DNA of 64,000 nt from Geosiphon pyriformis uo1 (GCA_016748015.1 JAAOMT010000512.1:1622893-1686892); one strand, 5' to 3'; shown: positions 52,706 to 64,000, numbered from the stretch's first letter. Notes: generated by a model from the sequence alone, not told the origin. Numbers and translations: made by a program.

Positions 52706-55700
52706 AAAGTAACCAGCAAAAACTAGGAACACCAGCTCAAACGCCAAAGAAAACTGTCACTCAATCAATAAAGAAACAACGTATTTATTCACCAGAAGAT
52801 AAATCATACCATTTTTCACCAGAAAATAAGATACAAATTCCATTAGGAGCTGCATCATCATCAACATCAACTCCACAAACACCAAGAACTCCTAGTTATA
52901 TTGATAAAATTAAACAACGTAACTGGGGAGACATACCAATTACAGGAGGATATTCATCACTATTCCAAAACTCTCTTTTTCAGCCAAAATTTAGAATGAA
53001 ATTTGAAAACCGTGAAGAGGAGTCTGAATCGGAATCCGAAAAAGAGACCAGCAAAAAAACAATCACAAGACCAGTCACTGGAACAAGCAGCCAGTCCAGA
53101 AACCAAAAAACTCATGATCAAGAGGAAGAACCGGATATAAGGGAAGCCACTTTTAGGAACGCTCAAGGAAATATCATCTCACCTTCTCTTAGACCAATAA
53201 ACCCACCAGCAGAAAATGGCAATGAAATGACCACGCTATACATTGCAAGACTAACAGATTTTTCAGGAGAGGAAGAAGAAACGGACGTGTACACATGGCT
53301 CAGAGAAGCACAAAAAGCCATCCAGACAAATAACTGGAATGACCAAAGAGCAATTCAAACATTACCTTTCTTCCTGAAAGGCACAGCCGACTCGTAGTAT
53401 CAAAGCCTGGAAACAAAACCCATGAGCTTCGCCGAATTTAAAAATGCACTCCTGGAGTATTTTAGCGACCCAAACGCCGTAATCTAACTACAGAACGAAT
53501 TCAATACTATTAAGCAAAATACCAGTAAAACTGTCACCCAATACCTTGCTCGATTCAATCGAATTTGCCGTCAGATTGAAGCAATTGAACAAGGATACTA
53601 CACTGATCCTCAGGTTTTAAATCAGTTTATTAGAGGATTAAAAAGCAGCATTTTAGGAAGAGTACGTCCTGCCCACCCTAATTCCTTACCAGAAGCCATT
53701 ACGCTCACCAGAGCCCTTGAATCGGCTGAGAAAGAAGCTAACCATAATCAAATGATTAACATGGTAATGGAAGAAAATAAGACAGAAACATTAGAGAAAA
53801 GAGTAACGCGATTAGGGGAGGAACTCTCTAAGAAAATAGAAAGTTACTTCATCTCAGAACTGAGAAAAAATACATACCAACCACCCCAAAGACGCAGCCA
53901 GGAAGTCAGTAACAGTCAAAATAATCACTCGTCGTGCCAGGAATTCAGAACAGAAACATGCGCCTGCCATTTTTGCAAATGCATAGGACATTTGATTAGT
54001 CAATGTCGAACGCGAATGATGCAGGAAACACGCAAAAATAATTACTACACGCCACCCCAAATGTCCAGAAGCCAGTACATGCCAATACCACACCAATATT
54101 CCACCACGTATCAAAATTAAGGAGCTTACCAGCAACAGCCCATGATAGCCAACCCGAATTGGCGTCCCGAGGCCCGAAATCAGCCCATGTGGAACCAGAA
54201 CACATTGGTCCAGAGGAATCTAAACCGCGCTGGAACCAATCAGCAAACCAATCCAAACTACCAAAATTATCAATAAACTTACCTTAATATACCGGAAAAC
54301 CTGATCATCGGAAACAATAACAGTAGAAACATAAACAGAACCAAGAATTCCTCCAAATTGAGCCAGACAATACCACCAGCAGTTGCCACTGAAGATAGCA
54401 GCCTCGCAGCTATTTTTCCTTTTGAATTAGAGAAAAACAAGGCTATGTTCAGTGGAGCAGCATTAGACGAAAAATGCCCAATCACTGCTATGTATACAGA
54501 AGCCACTGTAAACAATACCCCAATCAAACTTATCTTAGACAGCGGATCCGCTGAAAGCATTGTAACGCTTCAACTAGTAAACCAACTGGGTTTCAAAGTT
54601 GATCGTGCCATGACATCCCAAATCATAACAACCAATGGAAGTACAAAGCTGCCTCATGGCGAAATCGACTCATTCCCTTTCGAAATTAACAGCATAGTAA
54701 TACCTACAAAAGTATTAGTAATGGATGCTACACAATATCAAGCATTAGTAGGGAATGACTGGCTAACAAAAGCCAATGCCACCCTAGACTGGACCACCCA
54801 AGAGCTTCTGATCAATTATAATGGCCACCAGACCAAAATTCCAGCCACCTATGGCCACTTCCAAAAACCCAGCACCAACCAAAGACCTACCTTCAAATTT
54901 GAGGAAAATCCAGCACTACCAGCCATCGAAACCTATCAACTCTCTTGGGCTGATGACCAAAGAACAGGACTACCAGCCGTACCAATGTGGACCAGCGAAA
55001 AAAGATCCGAATGGAACCAGGTAAGTTCACGAAGAAACCACCAGCGACGCAGACCAAAGCTAGAATGCTCAGTTTGCAAGAAGAAACTCTTGTCTATGAC
55101 TGCGTGCAGCACACCGGACGAAGACCCAAGAAACCCCACCCACTACTATTGTAACCGTTGTAACAAAGAAAAATACGGTTACCCAGAAAGACACGGAAAA
55201 TGGGATGAGGAACCGTGCCTCGCTTGTGGAGAACCGTTACCAAGAGGGTGTGACTGGAACGACTTATCAGGCAGAGGAGGAACATGTGACACAACTTGCC
55301 AATACACGATCCTCATCTGTGACTGGGTAAGAGGAGGAACGCTGTTCGAAGCAGCATTCAACAAAGCGTTAAAAAGACTACAGCACTACCCACACAATGA
55401 GGACAAGTTGTACAACACCACACAAGCCAAAGTAAGAGGAGGAACCGCCGAAGAAATACAACGTTGGAAAGAGTCAGCCGAAGTAGCTGACGAAGTCGCC
55501 AGCTACAACATGTTCAACCCAGTGGACGAATTCCAGGACTACTACCAACAACTATGCCCCACTCGACAAGAGCAAGAACAATATCTCGCCCAAATCAACA
55601 CTTACCTCTGTGAAAACTGTCTCATCCCGTGCCAAAATCAGTGCTGTGAAGAGTATTAAGACGAAAGGGACTTAGAAAGAAAAATGGAAATTGAGAATCA

Positions 55701-55799
55701 GCAGTCTCAAAATCAATCAAATCAACAAGACTCACCTGATGGTCCCGAGTCAGAAAAATTTGTAGCCTATACTGACCTAAAACAGGTGACCAACATCCA

Positions 55800-56220
55800 A
55801 TACTTCGACAACGGGCACTTAGGAATAATACCCGAAAGAGCCCATCCAACTGATGCCGGATTTGATCTATGTTATCTGGAAGACCAATCCACAACGTTAC
55901 CACCCAGGAGCATTACCAAAATTGACCTAAAAATAGTGGTTGAAATTCTGCCAGGAATAATGGTTCAAATGGCATCACGATCAAGCCTCGCAAAAAAAAG
56001 AATAAGCGTTCAAGGAGGAGTAATTGACTCTGGATACACTGGAAATTTGATGGTTTTGCTACAGAACAATTCAGAAAAGCCTTATACTATTGAATCTAAG
56101 GAAAAGATTGCACAAGCAATTTTCCTACCATTGGTAAAAATTGGGAAATTTGTGCCAGTGGAAAATCGTGAGGAATTGTCACAAACAACGAGAGGAACTT
56201 TTGGTTTCGGATCGACAGGA
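55800..56220 (+). other. dUTPase domain within the Gypsy polyprotein
   Basis: All five trimeric dUTPase motifs in order: AGFDL, RSSLA, GVIDSGYTG, KIAQ, RGTFGFGSTG. Confidence 0.93.
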
Positions 56221-58084
56221 AAAGGAATTGAAGCAAATTTTGCTAAAACAATAGAGGAAAAAGGCAAAGTAATTAAAAATGAGTGGTCTATCATGCTCCT
56301 ACCATATGGAAAATCAGAAATAAGAATAAAAAGAACAATTAAAGAAAAAGACCTAATATTTGAGCCCTATCCAGAAACTTGCCAACAGTTTCTCATAGGA
56401 CTTACTAACCTTTTTATTCCAGCTGATAAAGCTCAATGGATAAAAATTCCTATCACAAACACCACAGAAGAACCCGTCTACATTCTGGAAGATACCATCA
56501 TTGGATACCTCGGAACGGAACTAGAAAACGCGTCAACACCACAAGAAATTCTAAATTTCCCAGAAATCGCCTTCTACTGTGAACTCACTTCAATAAATTG
56601 GCAACAACCAGTAGAATGCTATCAATTTACACCAGAAGAATTGGCCAAATTAAACATTGGAACAATAGATTCTGACCAACAGTGACAATTAAAAGCATTA
56701 ATTTTAAAATACTCTAATATATTTTCAAGAAATAGCGAATTTGGAAGAACCAACTTGGTTCAACACCAAATCTCCACTGGAGACGCCAGACCTGAAAAAC
56801 AATGCGCTTACTGTGTTCCACCAATGGAGCATAATTTTATCAGAGAAGAAGTCCAAAGCATGTTGGAAAAAGGAATAATACAACCATCAATGAGCCCATG
56901 GTCCTTATTAGTTGTTTTAGTAAGGAAAAAAAACAGAAAAATTAGATTTTGCGTTGACTATCGCAAATTAAACAGCAAAACAACCAAAGACTTATACCTA
57001 ATACCGTTAATTGACGAAATCTTTGACGTTTTTGGAGGAGCAAAATGGTTTTCTACACTGGACTTGACCAGTAGGTACTGGCAAGTGGAAATGGACCCAA
57101 AGGACAGGCATAAAACAGCATTCACAACACAAAATGGCAATTATGAGTTCAATGTAATGCCATTTGGATTAACAAACGCTCCTGCAACATTCCAAAAACT
57201 AATGGACGTAATTTACTCCGGAATCCTGTGGCAATCTGTTGTTGTCTACTTGGATGATACAAATGTTTTCTCGTCAAAATTCACAGATCATCTCCAACAT
57301 TTACAACAAGTTTTTAAGAGATTGAGACACGCTGGACTTAAACTAAATCTAGAAAAATGTTTCTTTGGGAAAAATGAGCTAGCATTTTTAGGACACGTAG
57401 TTGGAAAAGATGGAATAAAACCAGATCCATCAAAAATAGACAAAGTGAAAAATTTTCCAGTACCTCGAAACGTTTCAGAAGTTAGAAGCTTTTTAGGACT
57501 CGCATCTTACTACCGCCGCTTTGTAGAAAACTTTTCAAATATCGCCAAACCCCTTAATTACCTACTATCTAAAAATGTGAAGTTTGAATGGACTGAAGCA
57601 CAACAAAAAGCTTTTGAGTACCTTAAACAAAAGCTCATTGAATCACCAATAATGATCTATCCGAATTTCAACAAGAAATTCATTTTGGCCACAGATGCCT
57701 CTAGAACTGGACTTGGAGCCATTCTGTCACAAAAAGATGATAATGGAAGAGAACGTGTAATCGCTTATGCCAGCAGAAGTCTCAGTACGGCAGAACAAAA
57801 CTACGCAGCACATGAACTTGAATGCTTAGCAGTAGTCTGGAGTTGTGTTCACTTTGACACATATTTACGGTACCAACCTTTTGAGATTACAACAGATCAT
57901 AGAGGTCTGGTTTGGTTAAATAACAAGAAAGCGCTAAAAGGAAAATACGCCAGATGGTCACAAACGTTAGCACCATATGATTATATTATCAAATACAAAG
58001 AAGGTACCAAAAATGCTAATGCCGACTGTTTGTTAAGAATGAGACACACATAAAAAAATCACCAACCCACCCGCCACAACAACA

Positions 58085-58640
58085 ATGAACAACCACCTTT
58101 ACAAAAACCTCAGCCAATACTTGGAAACACTACAAATAGACGAAGAAATGCCAGTAAAAGAGCTAATTAAGCTCCAAAAATTAGCAAAACATTATTTCAT
58201 CCAAAATCACATACTTTATTACCGGAATTGACAAAATCCAGATAATCCATTAAGAGTTATAACCACGGATGAAAAAGAAACTATCTTATTTAACATGCAC
58301 TCAGATATTCATTCAGGCCACTTTGGAAAAACAGCAACCATCCAACGTGCAACTAGCCGTTACTATTGGCCAAAAATGAGCTCAGACATAATCCAATACA
58401 TAAGAAATTGTGATCCATGCCAACGAAGAGGAGGAGCAAAAACAACGGAATTATTAAGACCAATAAAAGTTGAACAGCCATTTGACAGAATCGGAATTGA
58501 TTTAGTTGGACCCTTACCAATAACAACAAGAAACAACCATTATATTGCAGTAGCCATGGACTATCTCACCAAATGGCCAGAAGCTAGAGCTATTAAAACA
58601 GCTGATGCTATTTCCGTAGCTTAATTCATACATGAAAACT
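58085..58640 (+). pseudogene. Gypsy integrase, N-terminal part only (HHCC and first catalytic Asp), internally deleted
   Basis: ATG 58085 MNNHLYKNL..., then HSDIHSGH...CDPCQ, IGIDLVGP and DYLTKWPEA. Similarity stops at ~58640, only ~190 bp before the PPT. Confidence 0.88.
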
Positions 58641-58817
58641 GTCACAAATTATTGTTGGATCCAACCATGAACATAATAACAACCAACAGTATTGGATAAC
58701 TTACCAACTCGTAATTTCAAGAATTACAACAACAAATTAATAACACAGTATTGAACCACTATAGTAACTTAGAATTTAATGAAGAAATTAACTTCGATTT
58801 CGATGGAGCTCAATCTT

Positions 58818-58832
58818 GAAAGGAGGGGATAA
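58818..58832 (+). promoter_or_regulatory. Polypurine tract
   Basis: GAAAGGAGGGGATAA immediately before the 3' LTR. Confidence 0.85.
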
Positions 58833-59699
58833 TGTTATGGTTTAAGAATTTAGCAAAAAGAATCATAAAAATAATACAAACTATTCAATCATAATATAGC
58901 ACAGTAATAATCTTAGAAAGGTAATGATTAACATAGTAGCAAACACCATCTCGTGATAGTGGCAAGCACCAGTTCACAATAGCAGCCAATACCAACTGGT
59001 GATAGCAGCAAACATCAGGTTGAAATATCAAAAAGAAAGTATTTTCTTATAGAACTACAAACATGTATATATACAGTAGTTTTAATATTGGGAAATAATC
59101 AATCAAGTAATAAAAATCATAACTTATCAAGCAACAGATCCAATTTTATCCAACAAACTCCACTTTAAATCATACTTTCAAATTAAATATCCCAAGAAAC
59201 CTTTAAAAATAAAAAAAAAATGAAAAAAAATATTTAAAACTGAACTATCACAACCCAAAGTATTAAGAAACTTACTTGTATTATTTATTGAATGAAACTA
59301 TCATTCATCAACTGAATCCCTTGGAAGAATAATCCTTGATCAAGATTATTCACGTTGTTACTAATTGATAAAAGCTTTATTGTGAGAATTAGAAAAGCAC
59401 TAAAGACCATTAACATTCTGTGTTTCTAGATTAGAGAAACACATTAGGCAATTGCAAGGATAGCCTCAGAGAAGACCCTAGACAGTGGGTAGATTTCAGT
59501 TTAGCCTCAGAGAAGGAGTACATAAACACACACAACAATCAAGAATTAAAGAATAACTTACATTACAACAGTAAAAAAAAAGCCTTCAGTGTAACAGTGA
59601 CATTATCACACAAATAGAATTGAGGAACTCACAAAAGACTGATTGCAATTAAAGCGGGATATCAGCAATTAAATATAACAAGAAAACCATCCCGTAACA
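58833..59699 (+). repeat. 3' LTR (867 bp)
   Basis: TGTTATGG...CCGTAACA, a direct repeat of the 5' LTR. Confidence 0.96.
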
Positions 59700-61688
59700 C
59701 CAGCCAACCAAATCATAAGCTTTGTGCATATTTTGCAGTACCAACTAAAGCTCTCTGTTTTTTTCCAGAGCATTCTTAACAACTGAACCAATAGTAAAAA
59801 TAGGAGACTGTGTTGAAGTACCCTTCAACACTGAAAAATTGTTACTGCAAAGAACATTAAACTTACTACAAGACAAAAATATCCAATCAGATAGAATCTT
59901 AGATAGAATTTTATGAGCAGTATTGACTAATGCGATAGGTTTAGTATTTGTCAGAACACCATTCCACTCATAAGGTTTTGGGATTATTGAAACCTATGCT
60001 CTCTTCCAAGGATCAGGCACTGAACTTATACTTAAACACAAATTCAGCAGCCTCAATAGACAGGTCAAGATCTTCTTACCACAATGCTTCCAAAGTTTAT
60101 TAGGTATTCTTAACAACTCAGCTGCTTTATCATTTGGCAAATTATCAACAACCAAAGACAATTCCTTCATACCAATTTCATTTATCACACCAAAAAAAGC
60201 ATCATTAACTATATAATCTAAAGGCATATATTGTCGAGCCCAAAGATCAGGCATTTTTGGGAGAATAGATTGCTTCCTCATCCACCCTTTCATAATTTCA
60301 TCAACTTTGAGCTTTACCTCATTAGGCTCAACCACTATCTCATTATTCACCACCAAGTAATCCAAAACAACCTTATGAAATAGATGCTTCAAAATGTTTT
60401 TTATCATTCTCCTTTTATCAGAACAGAAGTTTTTCATATAATGATCAATCGCCTTTCTTATAGCAGTATCTTTAGCAATCTTAAACTCACAATACTTAGA
60501 TTTCTGATACTTTTTTCTTACCACTGACAAATGTTTAATTAAATTCATTAAGCTTACACTATTCAAAACTATACTATCAACTTTGGAAGCTTCAATTCTA
60601 TCAATAGCTAGCCAGACTTTTATAAGATGATTGAAATTCAGTAGATTACCAGAATTCTAATATTTTACAATTTTTGCAACAAGCATTTCCAATTTAAAGA
60701 ATTTTGAAGATTGTTTGTTCTTTGAACAGTCATACTTAATATACTAAATTTTAGAGAAAATTGTACTGACAGCTTGTATTATGGCTTCCTCCAACATTTT
60801 CCACATTGTATTTAAGTCATTATTACTTCTCATCTTCTCAAATATTTCTGACCTAATCAACAACTCAGCAGATGAATGGTCTTTAAAGTCTAACCACTAA
60901 ACATCATTCACATCTCCCAATTTGAATTTCCATTGGTTTCAGTTGGTTTGCCTGTGAATGCTAATAAGATAAGCATCCAGTAGTCCACCCAATCCAATCA
61001 AAACTGAAACTAACTTATAATCTGTATCAAAAAACTCAGACATATCATTGACTTTATGCAATGTAACTGCAGACACCAAATTTCCACTCACTAGGATAAA
61101 ATTGATCACTTTTTTAACACCTCTAGAATTACACCAGGTGGAAGCTTTGGCCAGTGAGTGTCCATCAAAAGTATTAGCCAGGCCCAAACCCAAACAGAAC
61201 TTGAAACTTGTACTTTTACCAAAACCATTTTCATTAAAGTTACCACCCAAAATCACAAAAGAGCTGGAATTGACTGCCTTAAAAACCATAGAATTGATAA
61301 CAGCAGTTTGACCAAAACATATGTCAATAGACACACCAGCATACAAACCTAAAATTGTGACTAAAAACTTGTTTTTAAACAAAAGACACACAGAAATCAG
61401 ATAACCAGAAATCTCCTCCATCTTTGACACATGCCAAGCCAAACAATTGTTCATGATCACAGCAACTCCAGTACCATAAAACCCAACATTCAGTCCAGTA
61501 GTAAAAATCCAAATTCCATCAAACTTACTTATGATCTAAGGCCTAATGTCAGATCTCAATTTTGTCTCAGTAATAATAGAAATCATGTTACCCAAATTTT
61601 TATGCCAATGAACAATGTCTTCCTATTTAGCTAAATTTGACATACTTCTGACATTGCATGTAGCCATTTTCCAAATAAACTCATTTAT
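59700..61688 (-). pseudogene. LINE D ORF2, 5' part (APE endonuclease, RT N-half)
   Basis: WKMATCNVR, ILGGNFNE, IPKPYEW, NFSVLKGTSTQSPIF. Confidence 0.88.
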
Positions 61689-63479
61689 TGATGCAAAAGA
61701 TGCACCAAGGAACCTGAATTCACACACAACAGATCCAACTTCCTCAAAATTGAGTTGATAGAAACTTCAAGAGCCACCATCTTAGATTTCAAACTGCCAA
61801 CTTTAGAAGTAAGAACCTTTGAACTGCTCAGACCCAAATCCACCATCTTTTTTTCTACAACTGGAGAAAAAAGAGAAAGAGGTGGCTGTGGGACATCCAA
61901 AACCATATCAGTATCTGAAATTGACAATGCAGAAGCAGACACAACTGGGGACATGACTTGGAACACAGGCACCAAAGGCATTAGCTCAACATCATTTAAT
62001 CTGCATAAGATATTTGAGACTTGATCAGCCAGCAATTCCAAGGAATGTTTCAGCAAAGCCAAGCAATTATTAATTAAGAAGTCATTCTGAGCAACTAGTG
62101 TGTTATCCTTATCAGTTGAGGTATCAGAAAAAGGAGAGCCAGACCCAGAACCAAAGTTGAAATAAAAACCACCAGAAAAAGAAGCAAGCAAAACCACTTG
62201 CACCCAAGATTTGCTACCAAAGACAACAGGACAGGAAATAAGAATACTTTTTTTTGCATACAACTTGGCCAGCTGAAGATGACATTCCTCTGAACAGATC
62301 TTCATAACAGGATATGAGGGCCTGGAAGTAGACATAGTTGGCACGTTACATTTCAAAGCAGAATGACCAAAGCATCCACATGGTTTACAACAAACCAAAT
62401 TCATTTTAGCCCAAAAAAGCTTAACACCACCAAATATTGGCTCAATGTAATATGCAGATTCCAATTCCTTTTCAGATTCAAAACCAACCACAGCACAGTG
62501 AACTCAGTTGTTAGAATCTATTGATCAATTAATAACACAAGTTTTCCCACCAGCTCTATCCAAAAGGATGCCCAAATTATAAGCAGTCATTCTTATAGGC
62601 AAAGTAAACAACAAAGCCCTGAACTGATCTCTTGATGTCTATGTTTTACAATCTCTCACAGCTATAGCCATGCACACTAAATCTTTACCAATCAAAAGGG
62701 ACCATTTAGCAGCCAATTGTTTAGTCTGATCTAGTTCAGCAAATTCTATCACAATTTTTTGCCACAATCCAATAAGTTGAATTTTGATCAACTTAATTTC
62801 ACCAAACTCAGCTAGTGCAGTGACGATCATTTCTTTTGGCATATTCATGGGAATTTCTTTGACCACCACAGTCCGATCTGAATGGATTCCTTGTTTTTTG
62901 AGATTGCTGTTTACATTAATCCCTTTTTCTCTGGCCAATGAAGCAGCCATATTCATGCTTTTTTTGGAAGTGAAAGTAGATCAGATGATCTCTTTAAATT
63001 TCGAGGGAGTAGTGGTCTTCTTAAAACCATTGACTAATGAAAAAATTTTTCTAATTAACTGAGTTTTTGTCATCACTGATTTATCTTCCACAGCTAAGAG
63101 ATTAATATTCAAAGTAAATGATTTTTTGACTGACACCTCTACTGAAATCTTGATGATTTTTGGGTCTATCCACTTCTTGTTTAAAAAAATAAGCAAGCGA
63201 GGAGGAAGCACAACTTCATCATCATCTATATTATAATTGGGGGAACTAAGAAGAGATCTAAGAACAACACTAGTGTTCACTCTCTTTGTCTTGGAGGTAT
63301 TAGTTGCTGAGCCCAAAAAAAACCCACTGTCAACATCTTCCATAATAATGTTGTCTTCTTTACTACTGAACTCACTTTCTAAATCCAAATACATGCCACC
63401 AGAACCAGATTTGTGCAAAAAAACATCTCTCTCATTATCTGAGTGCTTAATATTACCTAGAACTACTCTTTTTTTCTGG
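61685..63479 (-). pseudogene. LINE D ORF1 (N-terminus cut by the LTR at 63480)
   Basis: VVVKEIPMNMPKEMI, IKIQLIGLWQKIVIEF and the CKPCGCFGHSALKC knuckle. Confidence 0.85.
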
Positions 63480-64000
63480 TGTTATGGTTTAAGAATTTAG
63501 CAAAAAAAAAAAGAATCATAAAAATAATACAAACTATTCAATCATAATATAGCACAGTAATAATCTTAGAAAGGTAATGATTAACATAGTAGCAAACACC
63601 ATCTCGCAATAGTGGCAAGCACCAGTTCACAATAGCAGCCAACACCAACTGGTAATAGCAGCAAACACCAGGTTGAAATATCAAAAAGAAAGTATTACAA
63701 TGTGTTTTCTCGTAGAACTACAAACATGTATATATACAGTAGTTTTAATATTGGGAAATAATCAATCAAGTAATAAAAATCATAACTTATCAAGTAATAG
63801 ATCCAATTTTATCCAAACAAACTTCACTTTAAATCATATTTTCAAATTAAATATCCCAAAAAACCTTTAAAATCAAAAAGAAATGAAAAAGAATATTTAA
63901 AACTGAACTATCACAACCCAAAGTATTAAGAAACTTATTTGTATTATTTATTGAATGAAACTATCATTCATCAACTGAATCCCTTGGAAGAATAATCCTT
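63480..64000 (+). mobile_element. Second insertion of the same Gypsy LTR family (partial; runs off the window)
   Basis: TGTTATGGTTTAAGAATTTAGC... is near-identical to 58833 onward. It carries an extra ~8 nt (acaatgtg, ~63696) absent from both LTRs of the first element, so it is an independent insertion. Confidence 0.93.

Larger units (their letters stand above)
52065..58053 (+). pseudogene. Gypsy gag-pol polyprotein (leader, Gag, CCHC, aspartic protease, Cys-rich domain, dUTPase, RT, RNase H)
   Basis: ORFs 52309, 53752, 54358, 55684 and 56755 share one frame, broken only by point stops. Motifs: DFSGEEEETDVYTW, CHFCKCIGHLISQC, LILDSGS, AGFDL, YLDD, TDAS...ELECLAVVW...TDH. The frame of the 52065 leader is unresolved across the gap. 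Confidence 0.92.
51256..59699 (+). mobile_element. Ty3/Gypsy LTR retrotransposon with dUTPase, nested in LINE D
   Basis: Paired LTRs with TGTTACGG...CCGTAACA termini, 4-bp TSD CCAG (51252-51255 and 59700-59703), PBS, PPT, and domain order gag-PR-dUT-RT-RH-IN. Confidence 0.96.
48405..63479 (-). mobile_element. Degenerate LINE (copy D), interrupted by a Gypsy element (51256-59699) and a second LTR (from 63480); 5' end outside the window
   Basis: T-run and 3'UTR at 48405-48548. ORF2 halves rejoin in frame (MHKAYDLVGW|LHLQASL) once the Gypsy and one TSD copy are removed. ORF1 at 61685-63479. Confidence 0.92.

Noticed and set aside
58833-64000. LTRs at 58833 and 63480 as the two ends of one element that captured LINE ORF1/APE
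   Set aside because: The 58833 LTR has a PPT, the matching CCAG TSD and an indel shared with the 51256 LTR. No PBS follows 59699 and no PPT precedes 63480.
1-64000. CRISPR arrays, rRNA or tRNA genes, telomeric repeats
   Set aside because: No regularly spaced repeat-spacer array, cloverleaf, rRNA signature or (TTAGGG)n tract was seen.

Overview
Eukaryotic (fungal) genomic DNA, most likely Glomeromycotina/Mucoromycota; the TE complement resembles Geosiphon-type genomes (inference, not verifiable here). The first ~27 kb holds eight intron-rich housekeeping genes: MAPEG/MGST3-like, mitochondrial EF-Tu, SNX4, UTP22/NOL6, a ROM2/Rgf1-type RhoGEF, HET-C2/GLTP, a Cti6-like PHD protein and a TGL/patatin lipase. 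A probable pseudogene follows. The rest (28-64 kb) is a transposon block of extremely AT-rich spacers and four co-oriented minus-strand non-LTR elements. Three are degenerate ORF1+ORF2 (APE-RT-RNaseH-ZnF) LINEs. One is an ORF1-only (HAL1/HeT-A-like) element that keeps the same 3' stem-loop and tail. The last LINE was hit twice by one Ty3/Gypsy family: one near-complete copy (4-bp TSD, Trp-like PBS, gag-PR-Cys-rich domain-dUTPase-RT-RH, integrase in a separate frame) and a second LTR running off the window. All TE copies show pervasive C->T/G->A mutation, including outside CpG. Best candidates for undescribed biology: the LINE plus ORF1-only partner with conserved terminal RNA structures, the unusual dUTPase/Zn-domain Gypsy with possible CCAG/CTGG targeting, and a RIP-like mutational defence. 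All coordinates and alignments were read by eye.
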